DNA from: Heptranchias perlo | Taxonomy: Eukaryota | Length of the DNA stretch: 64,000 nt | Direction: 5' to 3' | NCBI RefSeq assembly: GCF_035084215.1 | Contig: NC_090354.1 | Location: forward strand, 10,726,001-10,790,000 | Shown: piece after piece, positions 25,971-37,162 of the stretch | Numbering within the stretch: position 1 is the stretch's first letter | How the letters are laid out: each line of letters begins with the position of its first letter | The notes under the pieces: model-generated | The model's database searches: none | What the model was told of the DNA's origin: nothing | The model's input: the letters and a program-made list of their open reading frames with translations, nothing else | Position numbers and translations under genes: made by a program

Positions 25971-28900
25971 TCTCTCTGCCTCTTCTATCACTTCTCTCAA
26001 ACCAGACTGACGTGAACTCCCAGTCTTCAGTCTCTGATCTGCTGCAGCACTCAGAACACATGCCTTATATATTCTACTCCCAGAAATCCAGACACTTCCA
26101 GAATTTGTTAAACTTTACTGGGTTTATGACACATGAGCAGAAAATAACTGACGTCTCATCTCTCCCTTTAAAGAAGAATGACTCGGCTCAGTGACACCCT
26201 CTGGTGCAATTCCAGAGACTGCTGGAAGCTGCTGACATTTGACATCACAGCTGGGCGGAGCAAATGATCGACAGCCCAGCAGAAGGAAGAGACTGTGGAG
26301 TAAAGTTGTGTTTGATCAGAAGTGTTCAACTTCATGAAATCTAAACTAACATTTTGAGATAATGAACAGCCAGTCAGTGGCTTTCTAGATCTGCTATTTT
26401 CATTCATTTTCAAAAGATTAAAGTGATATTTAGCAACAGCAGAGCAGAGGGATCGGAAGAGTGAATTTCAGATCAGTTTGATTTAAATTATGTGAAGTTC
26501 TGATTCGATCCCATTCAGGTTCATTAGTTGCCTTGTTTTTCTTTCATTTGCCACTGTCCGTTTCTATGGTAATGTGTTGCGATCCAGTTTTCCAAGATGA
26601 TGGAGTGATGGCCTTTACATTCCTAGATTCTGGGGAGATATTCCACGTACAGTATTTTGTAGTCAGAAATAAAACAATTCGATAATGTTTAAAAATCTCT
26701 CCTCATGATAAATGATGTGTTATTTATAGAAAATTCAGCAAAACACTGACTCCAAGACAGACTAATGTTTAACCAGATGTGCGTATGAAGATATTTATTG
26801 TCAAGGGGATGCACCACTCAGTGGAGGTCCCCAGCCTGTTGAATTCCATCTCTCAGACAGCTGTTAAAGCACCTAATTCCCTAGTTTGCCTCTTCCAAGT
26901 GTAATTCTTTGTGCTGTGGGTGGGTTTAAATTTGATGCTGTATCTCTATTCATGTTCACCCCCAACACCCCTCCCCCCACCACCCCTCATTGTCCAATGA
27001 ATTCAAATTTTCTTTTTCTAAATGAACTTTTGTTCAGAAAGTGAAAATGAACGAATCATCTCCAGCAACATCATCGCTGATACAACACCCACTCCCGGCC
27101 AAATTGTGGGAAAGAGCCACAGAAACAGGGCAGTGGAAAGGATGAGGGGAACAAGAAAGAGGCTGAAGTAAAAAAGGACATTTAAGACTCATTTACAGTG
27201 AACTTTTGGAAGATGAAAAAATAATTGAATATAGAGAGACAGGAGTTTCTGAGACAATGGTATGAATACTGAAAATTAATTCTCATTTTTATCTTTATCC
27301 TTTAGTTAGCCATGGGTGGATCATTTTTCCCCTGGAGTTTTCATTTCTCAACAGAATGTATTTTCATTGAGAATTATGAAATTTTTCTTTAAATGTTTGC
27401 CATTGATTCTCTACTGTTACACCTTTTAATCTAATTTCCCAATCTACCTTAGCCAACTGGCCCCTCATACCTATATAATTGGCTTTATTTAAAGTTTAAG
27501 ACTCTAGTTTCTGACTGAAGTGTGTCACTCTTGAACTTAATGTGAAATTCATCATACTATGATCAATCTTCCCCAGAGGATCCCTTACTATGATTAACCA
27601 TGTCTCATTAAACAAGAAAAGTTCTGAAACTGCCTGATCCCTGATAGTTTCCTAGAACAATAAGGCATGGAACCAGTCTCGAATGCATCTGCATTTTTAA
27701 GTATCAGTAAGGTGTGTAATATTTCTCACAGTGTCAGTCAGCAGTTTTATTCTTTCAGTAAATTTACTGTATTACAGCAACGGACACACTGTTCAGGTTT
27801 AGGCTGCTGGAGGTGGGTGGGAAATATCAGCAACCGTATGGCAGGTCCCAGACTACACGTGAGCAATGCCACAGGAGATTTAGTAGTAAAATATCAAATG
27901 GAGTACAAAATGTAAACTCTGAATACAAACTTAAAGTAAACCTGGAATATATTTAACTGTTATGCAACCCAAATACAGCAGGGAATAAAGGTTCAGGTTG
28001 CAGTTCATAGGAGACTCGGTGTGTTATGGAAACTGTCATGTAGCCATTTACCAAGTTATGGTGTTGGGAGCTTCACATCAACATTAATTATCGGATCATC
28101 ATTGTTTCTAATGCATTCTGATATTAAATTAGGAACTTAAAAAATTGCTACATGTTATCAGTAAACCCAATTATATTCAAGCTGCCAGTTTTGTCCAATG
28201 TAAAGGAAGTTTATTCCCTAAATTAGGTGGCAGTCTTGGCGCAGTGCTCACACACTCACCTCAGAACCAGAAGGTGTTGGGTTCAAGACCCAGTCCATAG
28301 TCCTGAGCACATTATTTGGGCTGATAATTCAGTGTGGGAATGCTGCACTGTAGGAGCTGCCGTCTTTCAGGTGGGAGATTAAACTCAAGTCCCATCTGCT
28401 CCCTTGGGTGGAAGTAAAAGATCCCACTGCCCTATTCAGACTTCTGACAGATTCCTGGCCAACATTTACCCCTCAGCCAATACCACCAAAAACAGATTAT
28501 CTGGTCATTTATCACAGTGTGTTTGTGGGACCTTGCTCTGACAAAATTCACTGCAGCATTTGGCTACATTGCAACAAGAACTGAATTTCAAAGTAATTAA
28601 ATATTTATGAAGCACTTTGGGATGACCTGAGCAAATTAAAGATGCTGTTTCAATGCAAATTCTTTCTTTATAAACAGAAATAATATATTCTTAAAAATAA
28701 AATAGTTGAAAATAAAGAAGTTGCTATCAGTTTAGAAAGAAATTACAAAAAAATGTATTTTGACATATTAAATATGCAAATACTGCAAATTAATATAATA
28801 AATTACTGGTAGAAAATCATACAGCACTGAAGGAGCCCATTCGGCCCATCATAACTGCGCCGGCTATTTGAAAGAGATATCCCACTCCTCTGCTCTTTCC

Positions 28901-29786
28901 CCACAGCCCTGCAATTTCTTCCCAGTTAAGTGTGTATCCAATTCCAATTTTGAAATTTTCCATTGAATCTGCTTCCACCATCCTTTCACACAGTGCAGTC
29001 CAGATCATAACAACAGATAATTACTGGCTGAGTAATTTTCATTTTCCCTCTGGTTCTTTTGTCAATTATCTTAACTATGTGTCCTTTGGTTAGCAACTCT
29101 CCTGCCAATGGAAACAGTTTCTCCTTATTTACTCAATCAATACCCCTCATAATTTTGGCACCACTATTAAATCTCCCTTTAACCTTCTCTGCTGGAAGGA
29201 GAACAATCCCAGCTTCTCCAGTCTCTCCACATAACTGAACTCTCTCATCCCTGGTATCATACCGGTAAATCTCATCTTAACCCTCTCCAAGGCTTGTAAG
29301 TATACGAGAAAAGACAAAGTGGATTCAGTAATATAAAAGGCTCACGGGGAGCTTTTGTTAAAAAAAGTTATCCAACAATTGAAAATTTCATGACGAAACG
29401 TCTGGAATTGTAATTGTTTGTGTCCCAGGTGCTCCACGGTACTCAGCTGCATGACTGACTAAGACATCACATTTGGACACCTGATTGAAACCTTCACTCC
29501 TTTTAAATCTCACTGCACTCTGAGAAGAGCCTGGAGTGGAATGTGGAGATATGCAACTATTTCAATATTTTAAGATTATAATTATTAAAATGAGGAAACA
29601 CCAATTCAGAGATTTGTATTTTATTACCACAATATACAAATTAAAATACAAAGAAAATATTTTTCAGATGTGCAGAATGGAAAAAATGTTTCACTATCTC
29701 AGTTTCACACAAATTTACTTCAAGTTCATTTCCACCAGTGTACAATTGCTCTGTGATGTACAGCAAAAGTTCATTGCAAACAAATG

Positions 29787-30440
29787 TCAACAGTCCTTAT
29801 TCATTTCAGACTCTGTCTCGTTCTCGCCACTCTCCTGTGTCTGTGCTTCTACGCCAGGATTTAGCCGGGGAGTGGTTGTTGTATCAGAGGTGATGTTGAT
29901 GGGAACGGTTCGTTCATTCACAGCTGGCAGTGCCAGGCGTGGGGCTTGAACCTTTGACTGACTGTCCTGTGACAAACAGCAGTTAAGTGCTTGAGGTTTG
30001 ACATCTTCTGGCAGCTGAAATTCTCTCCTGAACTCTTCATATTTGTAGCTGTAACAGCCGCCCCCATCATCACTTTTCTTCTCATGTTTTCCTGTCACCA
30101 GCACTTTTCTTCCAAGTACTTTCACCTTCAGTTCTTCCGGGGAGAATTGCTGGACATCCAGGGACAGAGAAAAGTCATCTCCATCCTTGTCCTCGGATTG
30201 TCTATTATCTCCTTCATTGTCATCAGGTTTGTTGTCCTGATTTCTTGGACTTTCCTCCCAAAATTCTTTGGCGAGCTCCTCAAGAACTCGATTCAGGAAG
30301 TTCATGCTCTTTCTCGCTTCTTCCACCTGTTGCCACCTGTTGCATTCAAACGGCTCAAAGACTGTGTGTGGAACAGGCCACAATGTGTACACAGGCTGCT
30401 GGCACAGACGTGAAGGGTGGAAAGCCCGACAGCTCAGCAT
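29787..30440 (-). CDS. hsp30: hsp30/HSPB9-like copy M7
   Basis: Open 217-aa frame, but DSQSKV replaces DG(Q/R)LKV; TATA/HSE at 30535-30574. Confidence 0.85.
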   Translation of the reverse strand: MLSCRAFHPSRLCQQPVYTLWPVPHTVFEPFECNRWQQVEEARKSMNFLNRVLEELAKEFWEESPRNQDNKPDDNEGDNRQSEDKDGDDFSLSLDVQQFSPEELKVKVLGRKVLVTGKHEKKSDDGGGCYSYKYEEFRREFQLPEDVKPQALNCCLSQDSQSKVQAPRLALPAVNERTVPINITSDTTTTPRLNPGVEAQTQESGENETESEMNKDC

Positions 30441-31707
30441 TGTCTCTGCCGCTTCTATTACTTCTCTCAAACCCGACTGATGTGAACTCCCAGTCTTCAG
30501 TCTCTGATCTGCTGCAGCACTCAGAACACATGCCTTATATATTCTACTCCCAGAAATCCAGACACTTCCAGCATTTGCTAAACTTTACTGGGTTTATGAC
30601 ACGAGAGCAGAAAATAACGGACGTCTCATCTCTGCCTTGCTTGAAAGAAGAATGACTCGGCTCAGTGACACCCTCTGGTGCAATTCCAGAGACTGCTGGA
30701 AGCTGCTGACATTTGACATCACAGCTGGGCAGAGCAAATGATTGACAGCCCAGCAGAAGGAAGAGACTGTGGAGTAAAGTTGTGTTTGATCAGAAGTGTT
30801 CAACTTAATGAAATCCAAACTAACATTTTGAGACAATGAACAGCCAGTCAGTGTTTTTCCTGTTCCACTATTTTCATACATTTTCAAAAGATTAAAGTGA
30901 TATTTAGCAACAGCAGAGTAGAGGGATCGAAAGAGTGAATTTCAGATCAATTTGATTTAAATTATGTGAAATTCTGATTCTATCCCGTACAGGTTCATTA
31001 GTTGCCTATTTTTTTGTTTCATTTACCACCGTGTGTTGCTATGGTAATGTGTTGCTATCCAGTTTTCCAAGATGATGGAGTGATGGCCTTTGCATTCCTC
31101 CATTTTGGAGGAGATAGTCCACGTACAGTATTTTGTAATCAGAAATAAAACAGTTTGATATTGCTTAAGAATCTCTCCTGATGATAAATGTGATATTTGT
31201 CGAAAATTCAGCTGAACACTGACTTCAAGAGAAACTAAAGTTTAATGCACCGCTCAGTGGAAGTCCCCAGCCTGCTGAATTCCATCGCTCAGAAATTGTT
31301 AGTGCATCTCATTCCCTGGTTTTCCTCTTCCAAGTGTAATTCTTTGTGCTGTGGCTGGTTTTAAATTTGATGCCATATTTCAATTAACGTTACGTTCCCC
31401 CCACTCCAAAGTGTTCAATTTTTTTTCTAAATTAGCTTTTGTGCGAAAAGTGAAGATATATGACGATTCCCTCGTTACTCGGTTTTCTGGAATGCAAAAC
31501 AAATTCTCTTTTTCTTGGACAAATTTCCAAAAAGATCTGGTGTCGAGGACAATAGAGAACTCCATGCCCAAATCACGTCCCGTTTACGTCAGTATCTTTA
31601 TCTCCCAATGAAAAATCAGAGAGTGAGAATTTTGCTGAGCCATTGTAACAAACTGAAAATTTAACAAAAAAGAGCCTCTGTTCCGATTATAGCAAATAAA
31701 TTCATCT

Positions 31708-34358
31708 TGTTTTTTTATTCATTCGTGAGCTCTGGGCGTCGCTGGCAAGGCCAGGATTTCTTGCCCATCCCTAATTGCCCTTGAGAAGGTGGTGGTGAGC
31801 CGCCTTCTTGAACTGCTGCACTCCGTGTGGTGAAGGTTCTTCCACAGTGCTGTTAGGTTAGGGAGTTCCAGGATTTTGACCCAGCGATGAAGGAATGGTG
31901 ATATATTTAAAAGTCAGGATGGTGTGTGACTTGGAGGGGAACGTGTAGGTGGCGCTCTTCCCATAAGCTTGATACCCTTGTCCTTCTAAGTGGTAGAGGT
32001 CGCGGGTTTGGGAGGTGCTGTCGAAGAAGTCTTGGCGAGTTGCTGCAGTGCATCCTGTAGATGGTACACACTGCAGCTGCTTGCGCCGGTGGTGAAGGGA
32101 GTGAAAGTTTAAGGTGGTGGATGGGGTGCCAATCAAGCGGGCTGCTTTGTCCTGGATGGTGTCGAGCTTCTTGAGTGTTGTTGGAGCTGCAATCATCCAG
32201 GCAAGTGGAGACTATTCCATCACACTCCTGACTTTTGCCTTGTAGACGGTGGAAAGGCTTTGGGGAGTCAGGAGCTGAGTCACTCACCGCAGAATACCCA
32301 GCCTCTGACCTGCTCTTGTAGCTACAGTATTTATATGGCTGGTCCAGTTAAGTTTCTGGTCAATGGTGACCCCCAGAATGTTGAAGGATGGGGATTCGGC
32401 GACGGTAATGCCGTTGAATATCAAGGGGAGGTGGTCAGACTCTCTCTTGTTGGAGGTGGTCATTGCCTGGCACTTGTCTGGCACGAATGTTACTTGCCAC
32501 TTATCAGCCCAAGCCTGGATGTTGTCCAGGTCTTGCTGCATGCGGGCACGGACTGCTTCATTATCTGAGGAGTTGCGAATGGAACTGAACACTGTGCAAT
32601 CATCAGCGAACATGCCCACTTCTGACCTTATGATGGAAGGAAGGTCATTGATGAAGCAGCTGAAGATTGTTGAGCCTCGGACACTGCCCTGAGTAACTCC
32701 TGCAGCAATGCCCTGGGGCTGAGATGATTTGCCTCCAACTACCATGGCCATCTTCTTTTGTGCTTGGTATGATTCCAGCCACTGGAGAGTTTTCCCCCTG
32801 ATTCCCATTGACTTCAATTTTACTAGGGCTCCTTGATGCCACACTCGGTCAACTGCTGCCTTGATGTCAAAGGCAGTCACTCTCACCTCACCTCTGGAAT
32901 TCAGCTCTTTTCTCCATGTTTGGACCAAGGCTGTAATGAGGTCTGGAGTCAAATGGTCTTGGCAGAATGCCAAACTGAGCATTGGTGAGGTTATTGGTGA
33001 GTAAGTGCCGCTTGATAGCACTGTCAACGACACCTTCCATCACTTTGCTGATGATTAAGAGTAGACTGATGGGGCGGTAATTGGCCGGATTGGATTTGTC
33101 CTGCTTTTTGTGGACAGGACATACCTGGGCAATTTTCCACTTTGTTGGGTGGATGCCAGTGTTGTAGCTGTACTGGGACAGCTTGGCTAGAGGCGCAGCT
33201 CGTTCTGGAGCACAAGTCTTCAGCACTACAGCCAGGATGTTGTCAGGGCCCATAGCTTTTGCTGTATCCAGTGCACTCAGCTGTTTCTTGATATCACGTG
33301 GAGTGAATCGAATTGGTTGAAGACTGGCTTCTGTGATGGTGGGGATATCGGGAGGAGGCAGAGATGGATCATCCACTCGCACTTCTGGCTGAAGATGGTT
33401 GCAAATGCTTCAGTCTCGTCTTTTGCACTCATGTGCTGGGCTCCGCCATCACGAGGATGGGGTTGTTCACGGAGCCCCTCCGTTACTTGTTTAATTGTCC
33501 ACCACCATTCACGACTGGATGTGGCAGGACTGCAGAGCTTTGATCTGATCCGTTGGTTGTGGGATCGCTTAGCTCTGTCTATAGCATTCTGCTTCGGCTG
33601 TTTGGCATGCATGTAGTCCTGTGTTATAGCTTCACCAGGAAGTCTTGGTGATTTGCTGCAGTGCATCCTGTGGATGGTACACACTGCAGCCACTCCTCAT
33701 TGAACCAGGGTTGATCCCCTGGCTTGTTGGTGATGGTAGAGTGAGGAATATGCTGGGCCATGAGGTTACAGATTGTGCTGGAATACAATTCTGCTGCTGC
33801 TGATGGCCCACAGCGCCTCATGGATGCCCAGTTTTGAGCTGCTAGATCTGTTCTGAATCTATCCCATTTAGCACGGTGGTAATGCCACACAACATGATGG
33901 AGGTGTTGTCAGTGTGAAGATGGGACTTCGTCTCTTCAAGGACTGTGCAGTGGTCACTCCTACCAATACTGTCATGGACAGATGCATCTGCGACAGGTAG
34001 ATTGGTGAGGACAAGGTCAAGTAGGTTTTTCCCCTCGTATTGGTTCTCTCACCACCTGCCGCAGGTCCAGTCTGACAGCTATGTCCTTCAGGACTGGGCA
34101 AGCTCAGTCAGTAGTGGTGCTACTGAGCCACTCTTGGTGATGGACATTGAAGTCCCCCACCCAGAGTATATTCTGTGACCTTGCTACCCTCAGTCCTGCC
34201 TCCAAGTGGTGCTCAAAATGGAAGAGGACTGATTCATGAGCTGAGGGAGGACGGTAGGTGGTAATCAGCAGGAGGTTTCCTTGCCCATGTTTGACCTGTG
34301 CCATGAGACTTCATGGGGTCCAGAGTCAATGTTGGGGACTCCCATGGCCACTCCCTCC
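31708..34358 (-). mobile_element. 5'-truncated, frameshifted non-LTR retrotransposon (CR1/L2 group), ~2.65 kb
   Basis: RT motifs DIKAAVDRVWH, GVTQGSV, FADD and NYRPISLL; endonuclease remnants YRPPS and GDFNVHH; A-rich tail at 31708-31720. Flanks rejoin as ttcatct|gag, as in the empty site at 4224-4240. Confidence 0.92.
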
Positions 34359-34530
34359 TGAGAAGAGCTCCAGGTCAGCTTTTCCTACCTGGGATGTCGC
34401 TATGTTAATACACACTGGAAGTTTCTCTATTTGTGCCACTGTGTCATTGGACAGAGTCATTCTGGTTTAAAGCAAGGCTGAGGTGGAGTAATTATTTTCT
34501 GCCGACATGACACGAAGCCAGCAATCTTCA

Positions 34531-34569
34531 TTCTGGAAAGGTCTGGATTCATGGCAGTAGAATATATAA
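34531..34569 (+). promoter_or_regulatory. HSE and TATA of pseudogene P2
   Basis: TTCtgGAAagGTCtgGAT (34531-34548) and TATATAA (34563-34569). Confidence 0.7.
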
Positions 34570-34649
34570 GGCATGTGTTCTGAGTGCTGCAGCACATCAG
34601 AGACTGAAGTCTTAGCAACGACATGATTCAGGTTTGAGCCCTGATACCA

Positions 34650-35260
34650 AATGTTTGTGCCAGCTGCCTGCACGCACACTGAGAACTGTTCCTGAACTGC
34701 TCGAAGGCAACATGTGGCAGCCAGTGGAAGAAGCGAGGAAGACCATGGACTGGGTTCATGAGCAGCTCTTAAGAGAATTTCTGAAGCAAAGATCAAAACA
34801 TCAGGACAACAGACCTGATGAGAAACAAGAAGGTAAAAGACAATCAGAGGGCTAGGATGGAGATGGCTTTTCTCTGTCCCTGGATGTCCTGTGATTCTCC
34901 CCAGAAGAACTGAAGGTGAAAGTATTTGGAAGAAAAGTGCTGGTGACAGGAAGACATGAGAAGAAAAGTGATGATGGGGGCGGCTGTTACAGCTACAAAT
35001 ATGAAGAGTTCAGGAGAGAATTTCAGCTGCCAGAAGATGTCAATCCTCAAGCACTTAACTGCTGTTTCTTTCAGGATGGTCAGTTAAAAGTTCAAGCCCC
35101 ACGCCTGGCACTGCCAGCTGTGAATGAACGAGCCAAACCCATCAACATCACCTCTGATACAACAACCACTCCCCGCCCAAATTCTGGCAAAGAGCCACAG
35201 AAACAGAACAGTGGAAAGGATGAGGGGAACAAGAGGCTGAAACAAAAAAGGTCTTTTAGA
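34650..35260 (+). pseudogene. hsp30 plus-type pseudogene P2
   Basis: Colinear with P1, but the start region is replaced by unrelated sequence. It has a short deletion after gttcc, an in-frame TAG at 34853-34855, a TGA near 34892 and a 4-bp deletion near the 3' end. The 3' UTR and AATAAA are retained. Confidence 0.88.
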
Positions 35261-36508
35261 CTCATTTACAGTGACATTTTGGAAGATGAAAGAATAATTG
35301 AATATTGAGAGACTTGAGTTTCTGAGGCAATGTTATGAATTCATAATTAATTCTTTTTTCATTTTGTATGCCTGAAATTGTTCATTGTCCTGTTATTTGT
35401 TTTCAAGTGGATTATTTTTATATATATGTATATGCATTGGAACAATAAACATTTTGGAACAGTAATGTCCATGATTCAACTTGTTAACTTTATAAAAATA
35501 TATATTTCACAATTCAATAACTGCACATTTACTCCCTTTCACTCTCAGTAAAGACACTTCTTTTAATCTGGCTGAATTTCGAAGCAGAAAAGGGTTTCTA
35601 ATGTAAAGATCTACTTCAAAGTGAACTCAGTCCAGTATAAATGTCAAACATAGTACAGACCCAGTGGACCAAAAACCGAATACATCTCTGTATCCCAAGG
35701 TATTCCCTGCAGTCTCACAATGACCAGCAATAATCAGCTTGTCTTCCAACAGAGGCACCAAACTGCACACCATTCATTTAGTGGATGGTCATAACCGTTA
35801 CTTGTTCAGTATAAATAACTGAGAATAAGAGATTTTGGGAGAGAAAAGCAATGTTACTTGCATCGTAAGCAAGTTGTGGCCGAACCAGTGTTTTATAAAG
35901 GTTCTCGGCTCTAAGGAGAACAATCCCAGCTTCTCCAGTCTCTCCACATAACTGAAGTCCCTCATCCCTGATATCATTCTGGTAAATCTCCTCTACACCC
36001 TCTCCAAGGCTTGTAACAATATGAGAAAAGACAAAGTGGATTCAGTAACATAAAAGGCTCATGGGAAGTTTTTGTTAAAAATGTTATGTAACAATTGAAA
36101 ATTTCATGACCTAAACGTTTGAAATTGTAATTGTTTGTGTCCCAGGGACTGCATGGTACGCTGCTACATGACTGATTAAGACATCACATTTGGACACACT
36201 GATTGAACCCTTCACTCCTTTTAAATCTCACTGCACTCTGACAACAGCCTGGAGTGGGATTTGGAGATATGCAACTCTTTCAATATTTTAAAATTGTACT
36301 TTTTAAAATGAAGAAACACCAATTCAGAGATTTGTACTTTATTACCACAATATACAAATTGAAATACAATGCTTGTATTCAAGAAAATATTTTTCAGAAT
36401 GAAAACAATGTTTCACATTCTCAGTTTCACACAAATTTACTTGAAGCTCATTTCCACCAGTATACAATTGCTCTGTGATGTACAGCAAAAGTTCATTGCA
36501 AACAAGTG

Positions 36509-37162
36509 TCAACAGTCCTCATTCATTTCAGCCTCTGTCTTGTTCTCGCCACTCTCCTGTGTCTGTGCTTCTACGCCAGGATTTAGCCGGGGAGTGGTTG
36601 TTGTATCAGAGGTGATGTTGATGGGAACGGTTTGTTCATTCACAGCTGGCAGTGCCAGGCGTGGGGCTTGAACCTTTAACCGACCGTCCTGTGACAAACA
36701 GCAGTTAAGTGCTTGAGGTTCGACATCTTCTGGCAACTGAAATTCTCTCCTGAATTCTTCATATTTGTAGCTGTAACAGCCGCTCCCATCATCACTTTTC
36801 TTCTCATGTTTTCCTGTCACCAGCACTTTTCTTCCAAGTACTTTCACCTTCAATTCTTCTGGGGAGAATCGCTGGACATCCAGGGACAGAGAAAAGTCAT
36901 CCCCATCCTTGTCCTCGGATTGTCTATTATCTCCTTCATTGTCATCAGGTTTGTTGTTCTGATTTCTTGGTCTTTCCTCCCAAAATTCTTTGTCGAGCTC
37001 CTCAAGAACTTGATTCATGAAATTCATGCTCTTTCTCGCTTCTTCCACCTGTTGCCACCTGTTGCATTCAAACGGCTCAAAGACTGTGTGTGGAACAGGC
37101 CACAATGTGTACACAGGCTGCTGGCACAGACGTGAAGGGTGGAAAGCCCGACAGCTCAGCAT
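36509..37162 (-). CDS. hsp30: hsp30/HSPB9-like copy M8
   Basis: Intact 217-aa ORF; TATA/HSE at 37257-37296. Confidence 0.92.
   Translation of the reverse strand: MLSCRAFHPSRLCQQPVYTLWPVPHTVFEPFECNRWQQVEEARKSMNFMNQVLEELDKEFWEERPRNQNNKPDDNEGDNRQSEDKDGDDFSLSLDVQRFSPEELKVKVLGRKVLVTGKHEKKSDDGSGCYSYKYEEFRREFQLPEDVEPQALNCCLSQDGRLKVQAPRLALPAVNEQTVPINITSDTTTTPRLNPGVEAQTQESGENKTEAEMNEDC

Larger units (their letters stand above)
11216..29158. repeat. Four head-to-tail copies of a 4,482-bp unit, each with one intact hsp30 gene
   Basis: ORF-track coordinates recur at exactly 4482-bp spacing (11871/16353/20835/25317; 14221/18703/23185/27667). Only a handful of substitutions were seen by eye. Confidence 0.97.
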
